Source of the DNA: Candidatus Woesearchaeota archaeon
GTDB lineage: Archaea; Nanobdellota; Nanobdellia; Woesearchaeales; GCA-2687795
NCBI GenBank assembly: GCA_002687795.1
Contig: NZBG01000034.1
Span: forward strand, 10,362-74,361
Direction: 5' to 3'
Length of the DNA stretch: 64,000 nt
This document shows, in pieces, positions 19,718-30,024 of the stretch. Every line of letters begins with the position of its first letter. Position 1 is the first letter of the stretch. The notes beneath the pieces were generated by a model that saw only the letters and a program-made list of their open reading frames with translations, was not told the origin of the DNA and searched no databases. A program made the translations under genes and the position numbers.

Positions 19718-21151
19718 CTATAGCCTAAACATCCTCAGCCCTGCCTTGACCTTTCTTTTAAGTTCAGGTATGGACCTTACATTCATAAGCTTTTTTATTA
19801 TATAGCCTGGCCTTGTATAAAAATTCTTATAAGCATACATCAGCAACTCCATTAGTTCATCTCTTGTAAGATTCTCTGTCCATAAAGGAGCCCTGAAATC
19901 TTTGGAAGGGTTCTCTGCAAACTCTTTCCATACATCAGTTTTTATAATCCCTTTCTCTAATGCCATCTTGTAAAGCTCTGTTTCAGGAAAGGGCGTGGTC
20001 ACTGAGAAAGATACAAAGTCTGGTTTAAGCTGTTTTGCAAAGTCAATGGTTTTAAGTATCTCTTCCCTCCCTTCACCCGGGGAGCCAATCATAAAGTAGG
20101 CAAGGGTTTCTATCTTTGCCTGCTTTGTCCATCTGAAAGCATCCTTTACCTGTTTTAAAGTAATGCCCTTCCCCAGATTATCCAATACTTTTTGGTCAGA
20201 TGCCTCAACACCATAATGGATTCTTTCACAGCCTGCCTTCCTTAGCTTCAGCAGCATTTCCTTGTCAACCGTGTTGACTCTTGCCCTGATGTCCCAGCCA
20301 ATGTCTAGTTTTCTCCTGCAGATTTCATCACAGATATCAATAACTCTCTGCCTGTCTATTGTAAATGTGTCATCATATATAAGAAATTCTTTAATGCCCA
20401 TGCCAACGCATTCTTCCATTTCATCAACAACATTTTTTGCTGACCTTGCCCTGAACATCTTCCCTAAATGCGGCCTGTCGCAGTAAGTACATTTGTAAGG
20501 GCAGCCTCTGGAGGTTATCATCGTTGTGACCGGGCTCCTTTTGGCCAGAAGCGAGGTATATTTCTGGTGGGGAGTAAGTTTTCTCGCCGGGAAGGGCAGC
20601 ATGTCAAGGTTTTCAATAAAATCCCTTGCTCCTGTGTTTACAGCGTTTCCGTTGCTGTCTTTGAACACAATGCCTTTTATTTCCCTTAGTTTATCCTGGC
20701 TGCTGGTGTTGTCAAGGCTGCCAATGTTATTAAGCAGATCAGTAAACGCATGCTCACCTTCCCCGAGGATAACATAATCCACGCAGGAAAGGTTTATTGT
20801 TTCATATGGAAAGATGTTTGCATGGGGCCCGCCAAGGATAACCTTTATTCCAGGATTTATCTTTTTAACAATCTCAGCGGTCTTAATAACATCCATCAAT
20901 GTAAATGTCATTGCCTGTATGCCCACTATATCAGGCATGAAGTCTTCTATCTTATTTCCTATATCCTTATAATCCATTTCCTCGACCTGGGAATCCAGAA
21001 TCTCAATATGGTGCTTGCTATGCTCTATGGCATAAGAGGATAAGTACAAAAGCCCTAAAGGGGGGTTATAGCCCCTCTCTTCGTCGAGAAACATAGGGCT
21101 GTCTGACATGATCATGTCCTCCATTGGCGGGTTTATTAACAATACTTTCAT
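19718..21151 (-). CDS. B12-binding-domain radical SAM enzyme
   Basis: PPLGLLYL, GGPHA, SRGCPYKCTYC and PFPET. Confidence 0.92.
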   Translation of the reverse strand: MKVLLINPPMEDMIMSDSPMFLDEERGYNPPLGLLYLSSYAIEHSKHHIEILDSQVEEMDYKDIGNKIEDFMPDIVGIQAMTFTLMDVIKTAEIVKKINPGIKVILGGPHANIFPYETINLSCVDYVILGEGEHAFTDLLNNIGSLDNTSSQDKLREIKGIVFKDSNGNAVNTGARDFIENLDMLPFPARKLTPHQKYTSLLAKRSPVTTMITSRGCPYKCTYCDRPHLGKMFRARSAKNVVDEMEECVGMGIKEFLIYDDTFTIDRQRVIDICDEICRRKLDIGWDIRARVNTVDKEMLLKLRKAGCERIHYGVEASDQKVLDNLGKGITLKQVKDAFRWTKQAKIETLAYFMIGSPGEGREEILKTIDFAKQLKPDFVSFSVTTPFPETELYKMALEKGIIKTDVWKEFAENPSKDFRAPLWTENLTRDELMELLMYAYKNFYTRPGYIIKKLMNVRSIPELKRKVKAGLRMFRL

Positions 21152-21168
21152 TTTGGTTGTAGTGAATA

Positions 21169-22467
21169 TTAGTGCGTTTTTATTAGTTTTTGTTTTGAGT
21201 ACTCTGCAAGCTCTTTCATGGTAATGACCCAGGCACTTCTGTCGTTTCTTATATACTTAAGAAAATCATGGTAAGCCTTTAGATTTTTCCTGTTTCCTGA
21301 AAGGTGGGACTCAGGATGGGTGTTTATCACAGCAACTCCCCCAACTTTTTTGATAAACTCCAGCTTATTGGCCCATGTCTTTACCATCTTTTCCATGTTA
21401 TAAGACCTGAACAGCAGCCTTGCATCCTGCGGGAGGGTTAAGGGAATCTCAACAAGGCCGTCTATCATATAAGGAAAGACTGTGCAGCAGCCGTTCCTTT
21501 CTGATATCTGTGAATCCTTCTCGGTGTCTACAGAACTTGAATCATAAAGATAGCCATTCTTTTCAAGAAGGCTGTACAGCCTCTCGCTCCTTAACAGGCA
21601 TGGGCTTCTAAAACCTTTTATCTTTAGCTTTTCTTTCAGCCTTGCCATGCTGTTAAACCTCTTTTCGATTTTTTTATCATCAAGAGATATCAGTTTGTTG
21701 TCATGGTTATAGCCATGGAGCAGTATCTCATCACCTTTCTTGATAAGGCTGTCTAACAATCTAAAGTCAATCTTATAGTGATTGGAGACTATGCTCCATG
21801 AAGAAACAAGACTATATTTCCTCTCGATCTTCGAGATAAGAGGAATTCTCTTAAACCCTCCCCCCGTCTCAACATCATGGCTTAAGCAGATAACATACTT
21901 CTTATTTTTCGGCCAGATATCCAGTTTTATTTTTCTGCCTTCTATGGCCTCTATGCATTTCAGCAGCACATGCCTTAATAGTTCCACAGACTTTTCAACA
22001 GGCCAGGAAGGAAAATTCTTTTCTTTCCTGAACATAAACAGGATTTTCTTCATAAGCTTTCTTGAACTGCCGGGCAGAATATGGAAATGGACAGGCAGGT
22101 ATGTATACAGCCTTCTCTTTGGCCTGTAATACCTTTCTTTCATAAGGAATTTTATTGTTTCCACAGGGTCGAAATTGAATATTATCCTGTTCCCTTTCTT
22201 GACTATAAGAGGAATATCCTGGTTCCTTATTCTGGAATGAAGGAGAACCTCGCCTTTGGTTTCATTGCGGTATATCTTTGGAATAAAAACATGAATATGC
22301 TCTTTCTCTTTTACCCATTCAGGCCTTATTTTGGGGTTTAATATCAGCCTTGCTGTTGTATTTCTGTATAGGACTGTATTCTTATTAACAAAAACACCAT
22401 GCCCATTGCCTTCTCCAAGAGGCTTTACTTTCCTGTAATACCTTTCCCAAAAATCTTTGATTGCCAT
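21169..22467 (-). CDS. Polysaccharide deacetylase (NodB/CE4-like) domain protein
   Basis: SHDVET, HGYNH, GFRSP and YDSS motifs. The ATG at 22467 avoids overlap with the upstream gene (the track starts at 22524). Confidence 0.8.
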   Translation of the reverse strand: MAIKDFWERYYRKVKPLGEGNGHGVFVNKNTVLYRNTTARLILNPKIRPEWVKEKEHIHVFIPKIYRNETKGEVLLHSRIRNQDIPLIVKKGNRIIFNFDPVETIKFLMKERYYRPKRRLYTYLPVHFHILPGSSRKLMKKILFMFRKEKNFPSWPVEKSVELLRHVLLKCIEAIEGRKIKLDIWPKNKKYVICLSHDVETGGGFKRIPLISKIERKYSLVSSWSIVSNHYKIDFRLLDSLIKKGDEILLHGYNHDNKLISLDDKKIEKRFNSMARLKEKLKIKGFRSPCLLRSERLYSLLEKNGYLYDSSSVDTEKDSQISERNGCCTVFPYMIDGLVEIPLTLPQDARLLFRSYNMEKMVKTWANKLEFIKKVGGVAVINTHPESHLSGNRKNLKAYHDFLKYIRNDRSAWVITMKELAEYSKQKLIKTH

Positions 22468-22471
22468 ATTA

Positions 22472-23917
22472 CTAAGCCCTGCTTTGAAAAACTCCGCTCT
22501 TTTTCTTTCTTCCCAGGACAACACTGTTAAAGAAGGCTATACTGTTTCTGATGCCGGCTTTTAACCCTGCCCTTGTCAGATTATACCATATTCTCCTGGG
22601 AGTGAAGTAAAATATCAGGAACCCAAGCCTTTGGTAATTAATGATGTCCTTTCTCTTCAGGTTGTTTACTTCAATCACCGGCGTGCTGTACCTGATGTAC
22701 TTAGAATAATCCTCAGAAATCAGCTTTAAGCCATTCTCTCCTTTCTTTGCCATCTCATAAAGAGGAGTGCCGGGGTAGGGCACGTTAATATAGAGGTAAA
22801 GCTGGTCGCAGTTTTTTAGCCTTCTCATAAACCTTAAGGTTTTCATAACAGTTTTCTTGGTTTCCCCCGGATGGCCTATTATTGCTGATGCTCTTGTTTC
22901 CAGCCCTAAACCTTTTGATATCCTAAATGCGTCTTTTATCTGCTGGAAGCTTACTTCCTTGTTAATCTTTTTTAAGATCTCTTCATCTCCTGTCTCAACA
23001 CCATAAGAGACCCTGACAAGACCGGCTTTTTTCATTAAAGACAGTATATCCTTGTCAACACAGTCAACCCTTGTATGGCATTCCCATGTTATCCTTATGT
23101 TTCTCCTTATTATTTCATTGCAAAGCTCTGCCACCACCTTTTTGTTTGCTGTCATTGTAAGGTCCACAAAGTAAAAATGCTTTATGCCAAGAGCAGTGCA
23201 TTCTTCAATCTCATCGCAAACATTCTCCTTGCTTCTTACCCTGAAGGAAGGGAACAAGGCAGTCTCAGGGCAGTAAAGGCATTTAAAGGGGCAGCCTCTT
23301 GTGCTCATGATTGTTGAGATTCTTACAAGGCCTTTGCCCACCACGCTCATCCTGTACCTGTCCAGGTCAAGGAGCTTTCTGTTAGGAAAAGGCAGCTTAT
23401 CAAGATAATTGTTAATGGACCTTGGCTCAGTCTTAACAATTTCCCCAGCCTTGTTCTTGTAGATTATGCCTCTTATATCCCTTATTTCCTTATTCTGCTC
23501 TATAGCATTAACCAGCTCAGGGAATGTCTCTTCCCCTTCCCCTATAACGCCATAGTCAAAGATAGATGATTTGATAAAAGGGTCTCTGTTAAGCACTGTA
23601 ATATGCGGCCCTCCTATAGCCAGAACTGCATTGGATATGTTTTTTATATGCTGGGCAAGCCTGATTGTCTCATTTATCTGGGGCAGTGTGCATGTAAAGC
23701 CTATGAGCTGCGGGTTCCATGACTTTATAATATTGTCAAGCTCTTCCATTGAATCAATAGCTTCCGAGTCAATAATCTTTACTTCATGGCCATGTTTTTC
23801 AAGAGCTGAAGCAAGGTAACAGAGGCCAAGAGGCGGGTGTAATACAGCAACCTCTGCAGCTGCAACAAAGTTTCCATATACAGATTTCCATGTTGGGTTA
23901 ATAAGCAAAACTTTCAT
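22472..23917 (-). CDS. B12-binding-domain radical SAM enzyme
   Basis: PPLGLCYLA, GGPHI, TRGCPFKCLYC and PYPGT. Confidence 0.92.
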   Translation of the reverse strand: MKVLLINPTWKSVYGNFVAAAEVAVLHPPLGLCYLASALEKHGHEVKIIDSEAIDSMEELDNIIKSWNPQLIGFTCTLPQINETIRLAQHIKNISNAVLAIGGPHITVLNRDPFIKSSIFDYGVIGEGEETFPELVNAIEQNKEIRDIRGIIYKNKAGEIVKTEPRSINNYLDKLPFPNRKLLDLDRYRMSVVGKGLVRISTIMSTRGCPFKCLYCPETALFPSFRVRSKENVCDEIEECTALGIKHFYFVDLTMTANKKVVAELCNEIIRRNIRITWECHTRVDCVDKDILSLMKKAGLVRVSYGVETGDEEILKKINKEVSFQQIKDAFRISKGLGLETRASAIIGHPGETKKTVMKTLRFMRRLKNCDQLYLYINVPYPGTPLYEMAKKGENGLKLISEDYSKYIRYSTPVIEVNNLKRKDIINYQRLGFLIFYFTPRRIWYNLTRAGLKAGIRNSIAFFNSVVLGRKKKSGVFQSRA

Positions 23918-24031
23918 TTTTAGCTGGTTATTTAGTAAAAAACCTCCTCTATAAAAATATTTATTACATAATAGTGACCATTCCAGATTCCTTTATAAAA
24001 CTTATTGTAATTTGTCAGAAAAAGGCTTGAT

Positions 24032-26374
24032 TTAGCCTGTAACCTGTCTTCTAGAACCATAAGCCAATAACAGAATTACCAAAACCAAGGTAACAGAAAA
24101 TATCACAAGCCCTTTCTTAAAAGAGCCAGGCTGGTATTTAAAGAGCAATTCACCTGATTCTCCTTCAAGGTACACTGCAGAGTTCATCCCATTAGCCCTA
24201 TAAATATTCCTTTCTTTATTATCTATCTCTGGCTCCCAGCCCTGGAACATATGGAATTTCTCTGAGAGCACTAACCAGCCAACCTCTTCATCAAGCTCCA
24301 TAATAATTTTATTGGGTGAATAATAGTTTATATCAATTTCTTTAACATCCCTGTAATCGCCTTTAAAAGAGCTTAGCAAAGAATCTATTCTCTCCTGGGA
24401 TATGGAATCTTCACCCTTGACTATGTTTGGCAGGATAATGCCTCCCGAGCTATCATACTGATTTAGTATAAAGAGCGAGCCCTGGTCTATAGACCCCTGG
24501 GTTAAAACAACAGCATTAAATCTTTTAAGGAAATCCAGTTCATAGTTATTCACCTTTTCATAAGCCATAACTATCACAGTGTTAGAAGGGTCAAAATTTT
24601 CATTTGCCATTAATGCATATGCTATCCCATCTACTGCATCCTTGCTGCCCAAAATCAAGATGCTGTGCTCAGCAAGATAAGCCCTTGGCAGATAAAGCTC
24701 ATTATAATACAGGTAAGGGCCATTAATGCCAAAGTCGGTGTTGCGGTCTTCGTATTTATTGCATAATTCAAAGTTATCAAATTTAGTTACAAACCTTAAC
24801 CCTGTAATGTTAACAGGTTCATTTGAGTAAAGGTATTTTGTGTTAAGCATGCCATAGAACTTTGCTGGGAAAGAGTGCGCTATCCCTAGGAAGGTATACA
24901 TCTCAGGAATCCATGTGCCAATCCCGCCGTAAAGCATCTGCAGGTCAAGCAAAGAAATCATGGCAGGGGCAACCCCTGCATGGCTTTTTGTTTTAATATT
25001 GCTTATCCTGAAAACTCCTTCTTCTTTGCTTAGGTTTTGCAGAAGGTAATTATTCTGGAGGCAGGAATTAAAGAACTGGCCTCTCTCAGAGTTTATCCTC
25101 CCGCCTTTTATATACCCTGAAACAAAAAACAGGTCAGCTATCACAATGGCAGCAACTAAGAGATATAGCAGATTAATATGTTTTTTGTTGAATCTTTTGC
25201 CTAACTTATTAAACATAACAGAGCAGCCAATGCCTATTAACACAGAGGTGGCAAAACAGTACAGGTACATGCTCCTGTCCAGGTGATGAAGCCTGTTGAA
25301 CATCGGTACAAATTTCCAGAAAAGATACCAGAAAGGTGTTGGAGCTGCAATAAGCAGGGTGAGGATAATAAGCAGAACAAGGCTCATAACAGTTCTCTTT
25401 TTCCAGAGAGATAAGGAGAACAAAAGCAGGAAGAATCCTGAGAATCCCAATTTAATAATATGGTTGTGCGGGATATTTCTTATGCTCCCTTCTATAGGAA
25501 CCAAGAGCGCCTGGAAAAAGTCAGGAAAGTCTTTGATATTATTTTCCAGGTTGGCGCCGTCAATGCTTCTTTCATAGCTAAAGACATCAACCTGTTTCTT
25601 GCTGCTTGCTTCATTATATTCCAAGAGAGGAAATAACTTAATAGAGAACAGCCCGAGAAACACAAATAATATTACTATGCTTACTAAAGCAACCTTGACT
25701 AATCTTTTAGAGATATTTTTTGTGAAAGTATATACAAAAAAAAACGATAAGAAAAGGAGAACCATAAACAATGAGAAGTCATAACCATTGCCGAGAAACT
25801 GTATAGACAGCAGTATCCCTGTTATAACAGCGTTCTTTAACCATTCTTTTTTTGTGACTGACCTCCATAAAAAGAGAAATATCAGGGGGGCCATGAAATA
25901 TACATGCATTGTTTCCGTGGGGTCGCCCATAGCCCTGACTGCAAAGGGCCCGAACATATAGAAAAGGGCTGAGATAAAAGCAAACCTTGACTTAATATTG
26001 AGGTTGAGCATAAGGATATACATGAACAGCCCGGAAACTAATATGCCAAGAAGCTGTGAGACATTAAATATGCCTATAGGAGAAGATACCAGCAAAGAAA
26101 CCAAAGATGCCATGGAAAAAATAGGAAAGGTTGGATGCGCAAAAAAGGGAAACCCTCCTTGGGAATGGGGATACCATAAAGGGAACTGATGATATTCAAG
26201 AACAGATTTTCTTACAAATGAAAGGGGGCCTACGCTGCCGCTTAAAGGGTCGCCTCTCCTGACATTTGTGAAGCTCAGGTAATCCCAGTATCTTGAACAA
26301 GTGAGAGCTATAAATATTAAGATTATAATTATATGTATCTTGTTCTTTACAAAAAAGTCTTTTATTTTTTTCAT
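24032..26374 (-). CDS. YfhO-like GT-C membrane glycosyltransferase (paralog of 15836-18175)
   Basis: PLWYPHSQGGFPF, LPRAY and LVLSEKF. Shares the LKRFNA.VLTQGS.D segment with the paralog. Confidence 0.8.
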   Translation of the reverse strand: MKKIKDFFVKNKIHIIIILIFIALTCSRYWDYLSFTNVRRGDPLSGSVGPLSFVRKSVLEYHQFPLWYPHSQGGFPFFAHPTFPIFSMASLVSLLVSSPIGIFNVSQLLGILVSGLFMYILMLNLNIKSRFAFISALFYMFGPFAVRAMGDPTETMHVYFMAPLIFLFLWRSVTKKEWLKNAVITGILLSIQFLGNGYDFSLFMVLLFLSFFFVYTFTKNISKRLVKVALVSIVILFVFLGLFSIKLFPLLEYNEASSKKQVDVFSYERSIDGANLENNIKDFPDFFQALLVPIEGSIRNIPHNHIIKLGFSGFFLLLFSLSLWKKRTVMSLVLLIILTLLIAAPTPFWYLFWKFVPMFNRLHHLDRSMYLYCFATSVLIGIGCSVMFNKLGKRFNKKHINLLYLLVAAIVIADLFFVSGYIKGGRINSERGQFFNSCLQNNYLLQNLSKEEGVFRISNIKTKSHAGVAPAMISLLDLQMLYGGIGTWIPEMYTFLGIAHSFPAKFYGMLNTKYLYSNEPVNITGLRFVTKFDNFELCNKYEDRNTDFGINGPYLYYNELYLPRAYLAEHSILILGSKDAVDGIAYALMANENFDPSNTVIVMAYEKVNNYELDFLKRFNAVVLTQGSIDQGSLFILNQYDSSGGIILPNIVKGEDSISQERIDSLLSSFKGDYRDVKEIDINYYSPNKIIMELDEEVGWLVLSEKFHMFQGWEPEIDNKERNIYRANGMNSAVYLEGESGELLFKYQPGSFKKGLVIFSVTLVLVILLLAYGSRRQVTG

Positions 26375-26405
26375 TCGCAGAGAGTATTTTCCTTAACTGT
26401 GAGAA

Positions 26406-26519
26406 TAGTACCTACGCAACTGGCGTTGCGTAGCTACATCCTCCCCATTATCGCAAATGAAGTATCGAGGGCCCACCCCTAACAATGGACATTTAAACAT
26501 GCTACTTGCGTAGATACTG
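26406..26519. mobile_element. 114-bp MITE with ISH3-like terminal inverted repeats
   Basis: Left end TAGTACCTACGCAACTGGC versus right end (reverse complement) CAGTATCTACGCAAGTAGC, 15/19 identical. Flanks GAGAA and GAGTA form an imperfect 5-bp TSD. Internal perfect hairpin CTACGCAAC-TGGC-GTTGCGTAG. No ORF. Confidence 0.65.
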
Positions 26520-26611
26520 GAGTATTAGATAATCATATAAATATTTGTTGATGAATTGACTGTCATACCACAAAAACATTAATAAATAACTGCTCAATCT
26601 ATTCACTAAGA

Positions 26612-27343
26612 ATGTATAAAGGGAAGAGAATAGCAATAGTGATTCCTGCATATAATGAGGAGAAGCTTATAAAGCCGACAGTGGAAGGAGTGCCTGATTA
26701 TATAGACAGCATAATCGTAATAGACGACGGCAGCAAGGACAGAACTGCAGAGGTTGTCATAGGCATCAGGGATGAAAGGATAAGGCTGATAAGGCACCAT
26801 AAAAATCTTGGGCTTGGCTCAGCAATCATAACAGGCTACAAGAACGCCTTGGAAAACGGCTTTGATGCTGCTGTTGTTGTAGGCGGTGATAACCAAATGG
26901 ACCTCAGCGAGCTGCCAAAGTTTCTCGAGCCTATTATCATGGACAATGCTGATTATGTCAAGGGCAACAGGTTTCTTAACAGGTCTTTCCTGAAGATGCC
27001 TCCTGCAAGGTTCATGGGCAATATACTTCTTTCCGCTATCGAGAAGCCAGCCACAGGCTATTGGAACATATTCGATATGCATGACGGCTATACTGTAATA
27101 AACAAAAAAGCCCTTAAGGCAGTTGACTGGGACAATGCATGGACAGGCTATGCATATAATGTTGACTTTCTTGCAAGGCTGAACATCCATAGAATGAAGG
27201 TCAAAGACATTCCAAGACAGGCTATCTATCTTAAAGGGGAGCGTCAGTCGCAGATAAAAACACTAAGGTATATGCTGATGGCAATACCTTTGATAATAAG
27301 GACCTGGGTATGGAGAATCGAAAAGAAATATCTTAAGGCCTGA
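26612..27343 (+). CDS. GT2 glycosyltransferase (dolichol-phosphate sugar synthase-like)
   Basis: VIPAYNEE, DDGSKD, NLGLG, GGDNQMD and KGNRF. Confidence 0.88.
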   Translation: MYKGKRIAIVIPAYNEEKLIKPTVEGVPDYIDSIIVIDDGSKDRTAEVVIGIRDERIRLIRHHKNLGLGSAIITGYKNALENGFDAAVVVGGDNQMDLSELPKFLEPIIMDNADYVKGNRFLNRSFLKMPPARFMGNILLSAIEKPATGYWNIFDMHDGYTVINKKALKAVDWDNAWTGYAYNVDFLARLNIHRMKVKDIPRQAIYLKGERQSQIKTLRYMLMAIPLIIRTWVWRIEKKYLKA

Positions 27344-27350
27344 TACCTTC

Positions 27351-28304
27351 CTATTTGCCTTCCTGTTCAGCAACCCATTTCTTTGTAAGCTCCAGCCCCT
27401 TCTCAAATGAAAGCTTTGCTTTAAACCCCAATGCCTCAATCTTAGCTGTATCAGGGATAGGCTTCATATTCTCACCCGACCTTGCTTTCCCATAGATTGG
27501 CTTCATTGATTTATCTTCAGCATACTTATCTATAGCCATGCCTGCCAGCTCGTTTATGCTAACTCTTGCTTTTGAGGCAACATTGTAATCCTCGCCTATT
27601 GCTTTTTTTTCTTTTGCCAAGAGCAATGTTGCATCAACATCGTCAGCCACATAAGTAAAACATCTTATTTGGTTTCCTCCTGAGAAGATGACAGGCGGCT
27701 TTTTGTTAAGCACCCTTGACAGGAAAATGCTGACCACACCGGCTTCGCCGCTGTAATCCTGCCTTGGCCCGTATACATGGAAGTATCTTAACACTGAAAC
27801 CTTCAGCCCAAATTCCTTTGCAAAATGCATGCAATACTTCTCTCCCGCAAGCTTGCTAATGCCATAGATGGTACTGGGGTTCTTAGCATGGTTCTCCGGC
27901 ATTGGCTGCTCTGATGAGCCGAAAACAGAGCCTGTTGAGGCATGAACAATTCTTGCATCAGAATCCCTTGCTGCCTCAAGAACATTGAACGTGCCAACCA
28001 CGTTGGTCATCACATCTGTCCTGGGATCTTTAAGGGAAACCACCAGCTTCGAGGCTGCTTCATTAAACACAAAATCAGCGTTCTGGATAAGCTCTTTAAC
28101 AGTCTCCTGGTTTCTGATATCCCCTTCAACAACCTTAAGGCGCCCATCGTTCTCCAGATGTTCCAGGTTTTTCCTTGAGCCACCAACAAAATTATCAAGA
28201 ACAGTAACCTTCTCAGCCCCTTCTTCAAGTAGCCTGTCAACAAGATGCGAGCCTATAAACCCAGCTCCCCCTGTCACAACTGCTGCCTTGTTTCTGAAAA
28301 ACAT
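27351..28304 (-). CDS. NAD-dependent nucleotide-sugar epimerase/dehydratase
   Basis: TGGAGFIGS, YGISK (YxxxK) and RYFHVYGPRQ. Confidence 0.9.
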   Translation of the reverse strand: MFFRNKAAVVTGGAGFIGSHLVDRLLEEGAEKVTVLDNFVGGSRKNLEHLENDGRLKVVEGDIRNQETVKELIQNADFVFNEAASKLVVSLKDPRTDVMTNVVGTFNVLEAARDSDARIVHASTGSVFGSSEQPMPENHAKNPSTIYGISKLAGEKYCMHFAKEFGLKVSVLRYFHVYGPRQDYSGEAGVVSIFLSRVLNKKPPVIFSGGNQIRCFTYVADDVDATLLLAKEKKAIGEDYNVASKARVSINELAGMAIDKYAEDKSMKPIYGKARSGENMKPIPDTAKIEALGFKAKLSFEKGLELTKKWVAEQEGK

Positions 28305-28306
28305 TC

Positions 28307-29410
28307 TTAGCCCTTAAATTCTTTTATGGAATCAACTGTATATTTTATCTGTTCTTCTGTAAGCTCTGGGAACATCGGAAGCGAGACAATCTCCTTGGAA
28401 TATTCCTCAGTAACAGGAAAATCCCCTTCCTTGTGGTTCATATACTTATAAGCCGGCTGGAGATGGAGAGGAATCGGGTAATGGATGCCTGTGCTAATGC
28501 CTTTTGATTTAAGGAAGTCCATCAACCTGTCTCTTTCCTTAACCCTTATAACATAAAGATGGTAAACATGCTTGGCCTTGCTGTGCTCAACCTGAGCAAC
28601 AACGTCGGTGCCTTTTAGCAGTTCGCTATAAAGCCTGGCATTCTTTCTTCTCATCTCTGTCCATTCCTCAAGATGCCTTAACTTAACATTAAGCACTGCT
28701 GCCTGTATGCCATCCATCCTTGAGTTAAACCCTTCCACGAGATGCTCATATTTGCTGATCCTTCCATGGTCGCGCAACAACCTTATCTTCTCTGCTATCT
28801 CATCATTGTCTGTTACCACAGCTCCTGCATCGCCATAAGCTCCAAGGTTTTTCCCTGGATAAAAGCTGAACGCTGCAGCATCTCCATAAAACCCTGGTTT
28901 CTTGTTATTAAACGCTGCATTATGCGCCTGGCATGCATCCTCTAATATCATCAGGTTATGCTTATCAGCAATTTCTTTTATAACATCCATCTCAGCCATC
29001 TGGCCGTAAAGATGCACAGGGATTATCACTTTTGTCTGGGGTGTTATAGCCTTCTCCAAAAGCTCAGTATCTATCTCATAGGTGTCTTTGTTAATATCAA
29101 CAAATTTTACTTTGGCATTAGCTCTTGTTATTGTCTCTGTTGTTGCAATAAAAGTATTTGAAACTGTTATAACCTCATCCCCTGCCTTGACGCCCATCGC
29201 CTTCAAAACAAAGAACAGGGCATCTGTGCCTGTGTTGACGCCTATAGCATGCTTTGCCTCATTAGAGCTAGCAAAGTTCTTTTCAAACTCATCAATCTTA
29301 GGGCAGCCTACAAATGCGGTATTGCTGATAATGTCTTTCACAGCTTCATCAATTTCTCCCATGATTGCTTCGTACTGTATTTTTAGATCTACAAATGGAA
29401 TGTTCATCAA
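28307..29410 (-). CDS. DegT/DnrJ/EryC1/StrS aminotransferase (WbpE-like)
   Basis: PVHLYGQ, EDACQAH, SFYPGKNLGAYGD (PLP lysine) and GFNSRMD. Confidence 0.93.
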   Translation of the reverse strand: MMNIPFVDLKIQYEAIMGEIDEAVKDIISNTAFVGCPKIDEFEKNFASSNEAKHAIGVNTGTDALFFVLKAMGVKAGDEVITVSNTFIATTETITRANAKVKFVDINKDTYEIDTELLEKAITPQTKVIIPVHLYGQMAEMDVIKEIADKHNLMILEDACQAHNAAFNNKKPGFYGDAAAFSFYPGKNLGAYGDAGAVVTDNDEIAEKIRLLRDHGRISKYEHLVEGFNSRMDGIQAAVLNVKLRHLEEWTEMRRKNARLYSELLKGTDVVAQVEHSKAKHVYHLYVIRVKERDRLMDFLKSKGISTGIHYPIPLHLQPAYKYMNHKEGDFPVTEEYSKEIVSLPMFPELTEEQIKYTVDSIKEFKG

Positions 29411-30024
29411 TAACCAACCTCCGATATGTTTTTAGTTACTTTTGCCGGATTGCCCAGCACAACTTTGTTTGGGGGGACATCCTTTGTCACAACAGAGCCC
29501 GCACCGATAAGGCTGTTCTCACCAATAACCAGGCCTGGCAGGATTGTTGAATTCGCTCCTACAATAGCCCCCCTCTTTATCACAGGGCCTTTAAGGTTTT
29601 CCTTGACTCCCTTAAAGGTGGGATACAATGCATTTGTCAGCACAACATTAGGCCCTATCCAACAATCTTTTTCAAGCCTTGAAAACTCAGGTATAAATGC
29701 CTGGGAATGTATCCTCACGTTATCCCCTATCTCAACGTTGTGCTCCACAACAGTTTTTGTTCCTATGCTTACATTATTTCCTATTACATTATTTTCCCTT
29801 ATCTGCGTAGAATGCCCTGTTTGGAAATCATCCCCAATCTTATTGCCCCTATATATTACTGAATGGCTCCTTATTACTGCATTGTCTCCTATAACTGTCT
29901 CCTGCCCGCTCTTATTTTTATCTTTATTTTTATCCTTTGGCGGGACCCCTATCACAACAAACTCATTTATCTCTGCATTCTTTCCAATCTTAACATCCGG
30001 ATATATTTTATACCTTGTTTCCAT
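29407..30024 (-). CDS. Hexapeptide-repeat N-acetyltransferase (WbpD-like)
   Basis: Left-handed beta-helix hexapeptide repeats; WIGPNVVLTN and IGAGSVVTKDVP...GNPA. Confidence 0.88.
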   Translation of the reverse strand: METRYKIYPDVKIGKNAEINEFVVIGVPPKDKNKDKNKSGQETVIGDNAVIRSHSVIYRGNKIGDDFQTGHSTQIRENNVIGNNVSIGTKTVVEHNVEIGDNVRIHSQAFIPEFSRLEKDCWIGPNVVLTNALYPTFKGVKENLKGPVIKRGAIVGANSTILPGLVIGENSLIGAGSVVTKDVPPNKVVLGNPAKVTKNISEVGY

